The position numbers and the translations under genes are program-made. From IMG/VR virus record IMGVR_UViG_3300049142_000056, positions 1-26,177 of that record: a stretch of DNA of 26,177 nt. One strand, given 5' to 3'. Every line of letters begins with the position of its first letter. The stretch's first letter is position 1. Source of the DNA: a virus (taxonomy: Duplodnaviria > Caudoviricetes). Below, piece by piece: positions 6,968-14,274 of the stretch. The notes under the pieces are model-generated. The model was not told the origin of the DNA, did not search any database, and saw only the letters and a program-made list of their open reading frames with translations.

Positions 6968-9103
6968 AAGGTCGTTCTCGTCGTCCTGGCGGCCGTCGAG
7001 CGCCTTGAGGACGCGGCTCAGATGGATGACGGGATAGCCCTGGTAGATGTCCGTGTCCTCGCCGTGATCAGTCATCAGGCGCCTGAGGCGGACGCCGTCC
7101 CAGTCGGTGTAGACGGCCGGGTTGAGGTTCTTCAGACGGTGGATGATCTCCGGTGTGCGGACGCGCTTCTCGCCTTCGAGTACCTGCTCCAGATCGGCGA
7201 GATGGTCGACGTCCTCAACGGCTTCGAGCTTGGGCACCGCCGCGACGCGAGTCCGCAGCGCCAGCGCCCGGTCCGCGATTTCCTGGGCGTCGGGCTCGGT
7301 GTCCACGAAGTGCGTGCGCACCGTCAGCGCCGCCTCGCCGGGCGGAAGTTCTACACCGTCCCCGGCGACGACCAGGGTTCCCTTGTCCAGGCCCTGACGC
7401 AGCAGGTGGGGCGCCGCGCCGCCGTCGACGGCCTTGTCGCCGAGCGCCATCCGGGCCTGCGACTCGGTACCCACCACCAGAGAAGCGCGGATGTGCGCCC
7501 CCTCGCGGACCAGCTTCGGCAGGTTCTGGTCCGTCGGGTCCTGGGTTCCCTCCCAGAGCACCACGTCGACTGCGCGGCCCTGGTTGTGAATCCTTCGGGC
7601 ACCCATGAAGTACCTGCTCGTGGACTTGGAACCCCCGTAGGGCGGCCCGTCCTTGATCTTGTCGTCGTCCGTGTAGATCCGGGTCTTGGCGGGGTTCATG
7701 AACGCGACCTGCGCCTCGTCGACGATGACGACCAGTGGATTCCACTTGGTACCAGCGGGCGCCAGGAGCCGGCGGTTCATCTCCTCGACGGCATCCTCGA
7801 CCATCTCGGTGACGTCGATGGCGTGCTCGTCAGTCGGTCCTTCGATCAGGCGGTTGGCGATGCCGGAGAACATGCGCCAGTCGCCGATGCCCTTGAGGTC
7901 GCCGATCCAGAACTCAACGCTGCGGTCGAATGCCAGCCACAACGCCAGGGCCCGCAGCGCGGCGGTCTTGCCCTGGTTGGACAGGCCAGTGATCAGGACG
8001 TGCCTCTGGTACAGGCTGAGCGTCACCGGCTCACCGCGCAGGTTCTGACCCCAGGGAGCCCGCCCGGTCTTGTAGTTGGCGGACGGCTCCGGGTCGGTGA
8101 CCAGCGGCGACGGCCCAATCGGCTCGTCAAGGGCGCCAGAGTCGGCAATCCACAGCTTCACCGTTCGCGGCTGCGGCGACTTGAGAATGAACACCTCGTG
8201 CTCGTGGCGCCCGAGGTTCTCGGCGAGCTTGCGGCGCCGGGGTTCGATCTCGTCGGTGGAGACGCTGGACGGCAGCGTGACGTCGACCTCGACGCCACAG
8301 CCGGCAAGGACAATCGGCGACAGCATCGACGCGCCACCGTCCTCCATAGCCACGATGGCCTTCTTGAGCTCGGAGATCCGCAGGTCACGGAACGCCTTGA
8401 CCACGATCGACGGAGTGATCAGCTCCCCCTCCACGCTGCGCTGCTTCGCCGGGAGCGCCCACTGCGGAGCGGTCTGGCGCTGACGCCCAACACCCCACAG
8501 TGAGAGCAGGGCAAGCCACGGCGCAGTGATGATGAACGGGCCCCACACGACGGACGCGACAACGACCGCCCAATGCACCAGGTCGATGGCCGTAGCGATC
8601 GGCACAAGAGTCTGAGCTGGGTCTTTCTCGGCTATGGCCATGAGGACGCCGAGCCCGATCAAGCTGCCTGCTCCGATACCGGTGGCGACGGCAACCCCCT
8701 TGGCGGCGTCGACCGGGGACTTGAGGAGGTCCATGCGGCGTGCGTGGCGGGCGGCACGGTACTGGCGGCCCTTCTCCTCCCACTCCTTGATCTCCTCATA
8801 CTTCCCGGCCGCCTCGCAGGATCGGATCATGCGCTCGTAGCGGGCCGCAGTCCGTCCGTCCCAGGTGCGGCGCGCGACGATGCGGGTGCCGCCGACGACG
8901 TACATGCCGTGCCGTACTACCAGGCGGCCGGTGGCACGGGTGCGCTCGTGGGTGATGACGTACTTCGCGCGGCGGGCTGCCCGCCGGTACAGGGCTTGCC
9001 GTGGCAGCTCTGCGGCTGGCCCGCGGTCCACTGGCTCCGGTACCAGAGTGAGCGACGGACGCTCGTCCTTGACGAGGCTGACGGGTTCGGCGGTGGTGGT
9101 CAT
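6944..9103 (-). CDS. traB: TraB-like FtsK/SpoIIIE DNA translocase of actinomycete plasmids/AICEs, 719 aa
   Basis: N-terminal transmembrane segments, Walker A GLSNQGKT, GDLKG, Walker B VVIVDEAQ, QGRAV, GTQDP, short C-terminal wHTH-like domain; neighbours are spd-like genes. Confidence 0.85.
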   Translation of the reverse strand: MTTTAEPVSLVKDERPSLTLVPEPVDRGPAAELPRQALYRRAARRAKYVITHERTRATGRLVVRHGMYVVGGTRIVARRTWDGRTAARYERMIRSCEAAGKYEEIKEWEEKGRQYRAARHARRMDLLKSPVDAAKGVAVATGIGAGSLIGLGVLMAIAEKDPAQTLVPIATAIDLVHWAVVVASVVWGPFIITAPWLALLSLWGVGRQRQTAPQWALPAKQRSVEGELITPSIVVKAFRDLRISELKKAIVAMEDGGASMLSPIVLAGCGVEVDVTLPSSVSTDEIEPRRRKLAENLGRHEHEVFILKSPQPRTVKLWIADSGALDEPIGPSPLVTDPEPSANYKTGRAPWGQNLRGEPVTLSLYQRHVLITGLSNQGKTAALRALALWLAFDRSVEFWIGDLKGIGDWRMFSGIANRLIEGPTDEHAIDVTEMVEDAVEEMNRRLLAPAGTKWNPLVVIVDEAQVAFMNPAKTRIYTDDDKIKDGPPYGGSKSTSRYFMGARRIHNQGRAVDVVLWEGTQDPTDQNLPKLVREGAHIRASLVVGTESQARMALGDKAVDGGAAPHLLRQGLDKGTLVVAGDGVELPPGEAALTVRTHFVDTEPDAQEIADRALALRTRVAAVPKLEAVEDVDHLADLEQVLEGEKRVRTPEIIHRLKNLNPAVYTDWDGVRLRRLMTDHGEDTDIYQGYPVIHLSRVLKALDGRQDDENDLGEARVGR

Positions 9104-10164
9104 CAGTTATATCCCCCTCCGCCGGCTCCGACTTCACCGTCGTCGGCGGGCTGCTCGTCGGGTGTTGCGCCCGGCGCAACAGGGCGCTTCTTAGAGCGCG
9201 ACAGGACGGACCGGACCTGGTTCGGCTTGACGTCTAGGGAGTGCCGGACGGCAACGTGCTCGACGATGGCCGCGGCGGGCGCATCAGGGCCGAGCAACTG
9301 CGCAACATCCTGAATTGCCTCGGACTTGGTCAGCGCGGGACGATCCGCACTGACCTGCGGCGCAACACGTGTTGCGCCCTGTTGCGCCTGCCGCTCCACG
9401 GTCACCTCAATGGGACGGAAGCCGAGGACAAGCGCCACCTGCACCGCATCAACGATCACGCCGTAGGAGATCAGTTGCGACGCCAGTTCGCCCGGCGCCA
9501 GAGCGGGTTGCGCCTCGTGTGCGATGCGGATCGCCTCGGCGGGATCCATCTCCGCGAAGCGTCGCCTCAGTACCGCCGTAGCCGAACGGTCCTTGCCGTC
9601 CGCTGCGGGCGTTGCGCTCGTGTTGCGGGCAGCGTGCTCAATGTGCTCGACGGCGCGCTGCTTGACGCTGCGACCGGCCCGAGCCGGCGCCAGGAGCCAT
9701 ACCCAGCCACCGAAGGCTGGCAGCCGGAACGGAATCTCACCGCGCTCGACACGGGCCCGGTATCGGGCCGCGGACCACGCGAGGCCCGATGGCAGCAACA
9801 GGGCCAGCGTGGGGCTGGAGAACAGGATCGCGGCCGGAATGACGGGCAGGTTCCCATCGAGGAGCCGGGCGTGGGTGGTGTTGAGATAGCAGGAGAGGCC
9901 AGCCATGACGAGCGTGCCGAGCACGGCGCCGATTGCAGCGCGGCCTTCCTGCACGGCGACTGAGGCCAAGAACATGCAGGCGATGGCCGCACCGTCGAAG
10001 ACGGCGACCGCGCCGAACGCGAACAGCTTGGGTACGCCGTAGGTGTCGTGCGCGATGACGTACAGGGACCAGCCGGTCATGGCGAGTGCGGCCAGCGACA
10101 CGACAGTGATGGATACCCGCCACGGGGCGCGACTGACGAACGAACGCCAGGCGTTGCGGTTCAT
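9103..10164 (-). CDS. DUF2637/SpdA-like membrane transfer-spread protein, 353 aa
   Basis: About four N-terminal transmembrane helices (LAMTGWSLY...AVAVFDGAA...LNTTHA...SSPTLAL), soluble C-terminus with an HTH-like end; directly upstream of and coupled to traB. Confidence 0.7.
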   Translation of the reverse strand: MNRNAWRSFVSRAPWRVSITVVSLAALAMTGWSLYVIAHDTYGVPKLFAFGAVAVFDGAAIACMFLASVAVQEGRAAIGAVLGTLVMAGLSCYLNTTHARLLDGNLPVIPAAILFSSPTLALLLPSGLAWSAARYRARVERGEIPFRLPAFGGWVWLLAPARAGRSVKQRAVEHIEHAARNTSATPAADGKDRSATAVLRRRFAEMDPAEAIRIAHEAQPALAPGELASQLISYGVIVDAVQVALVLGFRPIEVTVERQAQQGATRVAPQVSADRPALTKSEAIQDVAQLLGPDAPAAAIVEHVAVRHSLDVKPNQVRSVLSRSKKRPVAPGATPDEQPADDGEVGAGGGGYN

Positions 10165-10238
10165 GAGAGTGCCCGTTCCAGGAGGTACGCGAACAGGATG
10201 AGCGGCCAGATCATGGCCAGGAGATAAAGGGCTTTCAC
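10161..10238 (-). CDS. Putative 25-aa single-TM micropeptide
   Basis: VKALYLLAMIWPLILFAYLLERALS; 4-nt start/stop overlaps at both ends (GTGA, ATGA). Confidence 0.5.
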   Translation of the reverse strand: MKALYLLAMIWPLILFAYLLERALS

Positions 10239-10411
10239 CACGTCACGCTCCGGTGGACACGGTGGACGATGATCCCGGCGGCGAGGGCTGCGACGAGGGC
10301 GGTCTGGCCGAGGAGCCAGCCGAGCCCGCTCGGCGCGGCGTCGGCCAGCCACGGGGCGCGCTGCCACAGAACAAGCAGCAGGAAGATCAGGACGTAGGTG
10401 GACGGTCGCAT
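10235..10411 (-). CDS. Small two-TM membrane protein, 58 aa, not in ORF track
   Basis: Hand translation: MRPSTYVLIFLLLVLWQRAPWLADAAPSGLGWLLGQTALVAALAAGIIVHRVHRSVTW; AGGAGG RBS. Confidence 0.65.
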   Translation of the reverse strand: MRPSTYVLIFLLLVLWQRAPWLADAAPSGLGWLLGQTALVAALAAGIIVHRVHRSVTW

Positions 10412-10496
10412 CACGGCCTCCTAGGCAGGTGCGCGGTTGAGCGGTACGGTCAACTCCCCTCACCGCCGGTCAGGGACCGGCGGATCGGGCAGCTGG

Positions 10497-10676
10497 TCAG
10501 CCGAGTCGGCGCCAGCACGGCAGTGCCTTCTCGGCCTGGGCGACGCGGTCGTTGGCGTCCAGGTAGTCGTCGCTCTCGCACCGGTCTCGTCGGCTGATCC
10601 GGTCGAGCTCGGCCTTGGCGGCGCTGTGCTGGGCTCGGGCCTCAGGGCTGCCAGCGATCTTCTTGAACAGGCCCAT
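10497..10676 (-). CDS. Small hypothetical protein starting MGLF, 59 aa
   Basis: GAGGAG RBS; MGLFKKIAGS...ALPCWRRLG. Confidence 0.7.
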   Translation of the reverse strand: MGLFKKIAGSPEARAQHSAAKAELDRISRRDRCESDDYLDANDRVAQAEKALPCWRRLG

Positions 10677-10763
10677 AACGGGCTCCTCTCGCAACCGGCC
10701 GGACTGTCCGGCCGCTGCGCCCCACACCCGGGCAGGCGTGTGGAGCACAGCGGGCAGACAGGG

Positions 10764-11012
10764 TCAGCGGATTGCGGTCCATTTACCGTTCTTGCCGCGC
10801 GCGTAGGGCTGGCTGGTACTGATGGTCCCGCCGCGCTCGCCCTCTTCCTTCGTGGCGACGACGGCGGTGTCCTTGCCGTACATGCGGACCGTGCCGCCGA
10901 GAGCCAGAGCGCGACGCCGCAACTGGTCATCGGTGAGCTCACGCTGAGTGATTTCAGCGAAGTAACGCTGCTCGGGAGTGGTGTCGACGTGGCGGCGACC
11001 GAAGATTCCCAT
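10764..11012 (-). CDS. Small hypothetical protein starting MGIF, 82 aa
   Basis: AAGGAG RBS; MGIFGRRHVD... Confidence 0.75.
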   Translation of the reverse strand: MGIFGRRHVDTTPEQRYFAEITQRELTDDQLRRRALALGGTVRMYGKDTAVVATKEEGERGGTISTSQPYARGKNGKWTAIR

Positions 11013-11081
11013 GGTGGGACTCCTTGATGTGGCGTGGGGTGGGCGATGTCGAGTGCGCTGGTCAGCGTCGGCGGTTGCGGG

Positions 11082-11237
11082 TCAGCTCCCCTTGACGCCG
11101 GGCCGCCGCCGGACCGTGGCAGGCTGCGGCTGCGTGCCCGGCCGGTCGCCAGAAGCGCCGCTGGTCGTGGTGCCGGTGGAGTGGCCGTAGGGGCGGCGGG
11201 TCTCCCAGCCGCGCTCACCGCGCTGACGGAACGGCAT
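11082..11237 (-). CDS. Putative small basic protein, 51 aa
   Basis: Hand translation MPFRQRGERGWETRRPYG...VKGS; TGATG overlap with the upstream gene. Confidence 0.4.
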   Translation of the reverse strand: MPFRQRGERGWETRRPYGHSTGTTTSGASGDRPGTQPQPATVRRRPGVKGS

Positions 11238-11386
11238 CACGCCTCACCACCGTCAACCTCGTCGTGCGAGCCGGGCGGGCACTGGTCCATCCAGCAGTGA
11301 TGCACGCGGCAGGCCTCGGGCAGCTCGTAGCCGAGCGCGTGCCACAGGTCGTCGGAGATCGCCAGCGGTTCGGTCGCGGCAGTCAC
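11237..11386 (-). CDS. Small Cys/His protein, 49 aa, not in ORF track
   Basis: VTAATEPLAISDDLWHALGYELPEACRVHHCWMDQCPPGSHDEVDGGEA; GTGA overlap; GGAGG upstream. Confidence 0.55.
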   Translation of the reverse strand: MTAATEPLAISDDLWHALGYELPEACRVHHCWMDQCPPGSHDEVDGGEA

Positions 11387-11679
11387 GACCACCACCTCCG
11401 CTTCCGCTTCGCAGACTGAGCAACCTCGGCCTCAGACCGCCGGGCAGACTCCACCAGCCCATCCCGGCGGGCCCGCTGACGGTCCGCCTCTCGCCGAGCA
11501 GCAGACGCCTTGGCCGGATCGCTGTAATCGCGGCCCTCCCGCCCATACACGTCGGCGCCCATCTGGTGCCGCTGCGCCTCCTGATCCGCCGCATGGGCGA
11601 GCCGATACAACGCAGGCGCCTGGCGGGCTGCGTACCGCTGCTCCTCCGTCGGCATGTCCTTGAACCGGCGCACCATCAC
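11383..11679 (-). CDS. Hypothetical helical protein, 98 aa
   Basis: Coupled ORF; ends KRKRRWWS. Confidence 0.7.
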   Translation of the reverse strand: MMVRRFKDMPTEEQRYAARQAPALYRLAHAADQEAQRHQMGADVYGREGRDYSDPAKASAARREADRQRARRDGLVESARRSEAEVAQSAKRKRRWWS

Positions 11680-11843
11680 GCGGCCTCGGCATTCGCTCGG
11701 ACGTAGCTAGCGGCCTCGTGCGCGGCACGGTCGGCAGCGGATACGCCCGGGCCGGCGTCGACGGGGACAGCCAGGGCACGCTCCAACCGGAGCAGTGCAG
11801 CCTCAGCGGCCGGGGAAAGCGGAGCAGTCAGGTCGGTGTCCAT
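11676..11843 (-). CDS. Hypothetical protein, 55 aa
   Basis: MDTDLTAPLSPAAEAALLRLERALA...; stop/start overlaps at both ends. Confidence 0.6.
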   Translation of the reverse strand: MDTDLTAPLSPAAEAALLRLERALAVPVDAGPGVSAADRAAHEAASYVRANAEAA

Positions 11844-12142
11844 CAGGCCACCGCCCCGCACCGCACGCCGAGGAGCTCGTCGACCAGCGGCACCTCGTCC
11901 GGGTGAGCCTTGTCGTAGCGGCGGGCCTCCTCGCGGAGCTCAGCCTTGACCCGCCAGTCGCCGGCCGTCGCATACAGCTCGATCAGCCGGGCCCGGTACG
12001 CCGAGTCGTCGACGTGCAAGTCGGACGCCAACGGGGCCGGCTCGCCGAGAACGCGGCGCAGAGGCTCACGGGCCGCAGCGACGGCGAAGGGGGACGGGTG
12101 ATCGTCACCCAGGCGTACCTGGGTAAGGTGCTTGTTAGCCAT
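11843..12142 (-). CDS. Hypothetical protein, first gene of the transfer operon, 99 aa
   Basis: GAAGGG RBS before the ATG at 12142; MANKHLTQVRL... Confidence 0.65.
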   Translation of the reverse strand: MANKHLTQVRLGDDHPSPFAVAAAREPLRRVLGEPAPLASDLHVDDSAYRARLIELYATAGDWRVKAELREEARRYDKAHPDEVPLVDELLGVRCGAVA

Positions 12143-12286
12143 CAGGGGACCCTTCAGAGATTCCTGGTGGTAGGCCCTGGCACGGGAGTGGAGTCCCGGC
12201 GCTGGGGCCGTTCTGTTTTTGGTTGTGCGCACAGCTGGTGGAGCAGCTGCTGAAGCCTCGGGCGGTGGAGCGCCGTTCGCTTCTGT

Positions 12287-12363
12287 ACCCTATTGAAGGG
12301 TGCCGACTGACGCCTTGTCAACACCCTATTGAGCGTTGGCGAGTTGACTTCTACTCTGACCTC
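12287..12363 (+). promoter_or_regulatory. Divergent control region: leaderless HrdB-type promoter with repeated operator-like boxes
   Basis: TTGAGC (12329-12334) - 17 nt - TACTCT (12352-12357), 6 nt before the ATG at 12364; ACCCTATTGA at 12287 and 12323; minus-strand TTGACA at 12321-12316. Confidence 0.6.
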
Positions 12364-12708
12364 ATGACAGATGCGTTCACGGAGTCCCTGGAGGCGAAAG
12401 TCGCCGAAGTCGCGGCCATCGAAGACCTCGTCCAACGCGTTCTTGCTGCCCGTCTCGCACGCGACCAACTGGCGACGAGTGACCGCGCGCTGCACGCGAC
12501 GACGCAGGCCGCGCTGAGGGATCTCAAGCCGGGACGCACCTGGGCGGAAGTGGGGCGGATGTTCGGGCGTAGCCACTCTTGGGCGGAAGCTCTGGCAACG
12601 GGACGCAGCGCCAAGCGGCGAAGGACTGCACATGCCTCTGAGTCAACGGCCCCCGCGGGCGCGGCAGAAGGACAGCCGCCCGTCACCGACGCGCCAACGG
12701 AGCCGTAG
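12364..12708 (+). CDS. HTH DNA-binding protein, probable Kor-like repressor of the divergent transfer operon
   Basis: RTWAEVGRMFGRSHSWAEALATG HTH; divergent from the tra operon; no RBS (leaderless geometry). Confidence 0.65.
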   Translation: MTDAFTESLEAKVAEVAAIEDLVQRVLAARLARDQLATSDRALHATTQAALRDLKPGRTWAEVGRMFGRSHSWAEALATGRSAKRRRTAHASESTAPAGAAEGQPPVTDAPTEP

Positions 12709-12780
12709 CCGGACGCCGCCGCGCCACGCACCAGACACCGCACAGCCAAACCCGAGCACGATCAGCACGGGAGCGTTTTG

Positions 12781-13416
12781 ATGGACGTCGTTGACTCCTG
12801 GACCGGCCGGACGGCCTGCCTCCTCCAGAGCGCCATGCGAATGACCAACGAGGACTTCGCAGAGCGCCTCGGGATCTCCGTCCGGACCGTGACCCGGTGG
12901 CACGCGGCACCGAACATGACCCATCGGATCGAGGTGCAGCAGATCCTCGACACAGCTTACGAACAGGCAGGTGAGGCGGTGCAGCGGCGATTCCAGCTCC
13001 TCGTCCGGCCGCCTGAGCCAGCCGCGCAGGCGCAGGCTCTTCGTGTCGCTATAGCGATCGTCACCCGCGGGGACGATGTGCTCCTCGTCTGCCGCCGCGG
13101 CGACGCCTCGCTGTCATGGCAGTTCCCGGCAGGGATGGTGAAGCCCGGTGGCAGCGTCGAAGCGGTCGCCGTCCAGGAGACTCACGCGGAAACCGGCGTG
13201 CACTGCGCGGTCCGCCAGCAGCTCGGGTCCCGCGTCCACCCGCAGACGGGAGTACTCGCGTCCTATGTGCTGTGCGACTACCTGGCCGGCGAGGCGGCGA
13301 ACCTCGACAGCGTCGAAAACCTCGACGTCAGCTGGGTCCCGCGCGCGACCCTCACGCGTTTCATTCCAGCAGACCGCATCTACGCACCGATCCTCACGGC
13401 CCTGGAGGCAGCATGA
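12781..13416 (+). CDS. XRE-type HTH fused to a degenerate Nudix domain
   Basis: MRMTNEDFAERLGISVRTVTRW HTH; WQFPAGMVKPGGSVEAVAVQETHAETGV Nudix box lacking several conserved E/R residues. Confidence 0.85.
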   Translation: MDVVDSWTGRTACLLQSAMRMTNEDFAERLGISVRTVTRWHAAPNMTHRIEVQQILDTAYEQAGEAVQRRFQLLVRPPEPAAQAQALRVAIAIVTRGDDVLLVCRRGDASLSWQFPAGMVKPGGSVEAVAVQETHAETGVHCAVRQQLGSRVHPQTGVLASYVLCDYLAGEAANLDSVENLDVSWVPRATLTRFIPADRIYAPILTALEAA

Positions 13417-13820
13417 CCGACACCGAGCCCAAGCCTGTCGTCTCGATGGCGATCATTGCCCGCGACGGTGCGGTGCTGATGATCCGCCGACGCCAGAAGG
13501 AGGGCGAACTCCTGTGGGCTTTCCCGGGGGGCGCCGTGGAGGAGGGCGAGACTGCCGAGCAGGCCGCAGTCCGCGAGGTCGCCGAGGAGGTCGGGCTGAC
13601 GGTCGAGTCGCAGAAGGCGCTGGGGCAGCGCATCCACCCGCAGACTGGCCGAGAGATGGTCTACACGGCCTGCACGGTGGTCGACGGAGAACCGGCGGTC
13701 CTCGACGAGGAGGAGATCGCCGAGGTCGCCTGGGTGAAGCACGCCGAGATCGACCAGCACGTACCGCGAGGCCTGTTCGAGCCGGTGCGGGAGTACCTGG
13801 ACCAGGTGCTAGTCGGCTAG
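13413..13820 (+). CDS. Nudix hydrolase, 135 aa
   Basis: Intact box GGAVEEGETAEQAAVREVAEEVGL; GGAGG RBS and ATGA overlap with the upstream gene. Confidence 0.92.
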   Translation: MTDTEPKPVVSMAIIARDGAVLMIRRRQKEGELLWAFPGGAVEEGETAEQAAVREVAEEVGLTVESQKALGQRIHPQTGREMVYTACTVVDGEPAVLDEEEIAEVAWVKHAEIDQHVPRGLFEPVREYLDQVLVG

Positions 13821-13928
13821 CGAGTGCACAAGTACGGCCGGAGTGCGTCAACACTCCGGCCGCAGAAACCAGCGGGTCATCACCCCGCTGATCAAGAAAT
13901 CCCACCTCGGCAGAGAAGGAATCCCGTC

Positions 13929-14225
13929 ATGAGCTTAACGCGCATGCCCATTGTCGACTTCAGCCCTTGGGGATTTTTGACCGTCCCGCTGGACGATCTC
14001 CTCACCAAGCTGGACGCCGTAGTCACCGACCTGCCCACCGACGAGCCCGACTTCTACGGTGCGATGCTCCGCCGGGACTGGGGGCTGCAAGTCGTGGTCT
14101 CGGCCCGGCTCGGCGAGGTCGAGCGGGACCTGGCGGTACGCGGTCTGCTGGCTGCCTGGTTCTGCGTCGACACCGTCGACTGGCCGCTGGATTTGCACTT
14201 CGAGGAGTTCCAGACCGCCGCCTAG
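13929..14225 (+). CDS. Hypothetical acidic protein with a TTA codon at position 3
   Basis: AGAAGGA RBS; ATG AGC TTA ACG; 98 aa. Confidence 0.65.
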   Translation: MSLTRMPIVDFSPWGFLTVPLDDLLTKLDAVVTDLPTDEPDFYGAMLRRDWGLQVVVSARLGEVERDLAVRGLLAAWFCVDTVDWPLDLHFEEFQTAA

Positions 14226-14235
14226 CCCCGGACGC

Positions 14236-14274
14236 ACGAAGCGCCCCCGACCGTGATGGTCTGGGGCGCTTCGT
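14236..14274. terminator. Probable bidirectional terminator between convergent genes
   Basis: ACGAAGCGCCCC/GGGGCGCTTCGT 12-bp stem extended by GACC/GGTC. Confidence 0.75.

Larger units (their letters stand above)
4420..14225. mobile_element. Plasmid/AICE-like TraB transfer module embedded in the phage genome
   Basis: traB, spd-like membrane genes, clt-like repeats, Nudix genes and a divergent regulator; no integrase or rep; flanked by phage early and late genes. Confidence 0.7.

Noticed and set aside
6329-8503. 724-aa plus-strand ORF
   Set aside because: Antisense shadow of traB; high-GC codon bias suppresses stops on the opposite strand; no recognisable motifs.
4403-14235. Autonomous AICE with att sites
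   Set aside because: No integrase, excisionase or RepSA/RepAM gene inside and no matching direct repeats seen at the two edges (checked by eye only).
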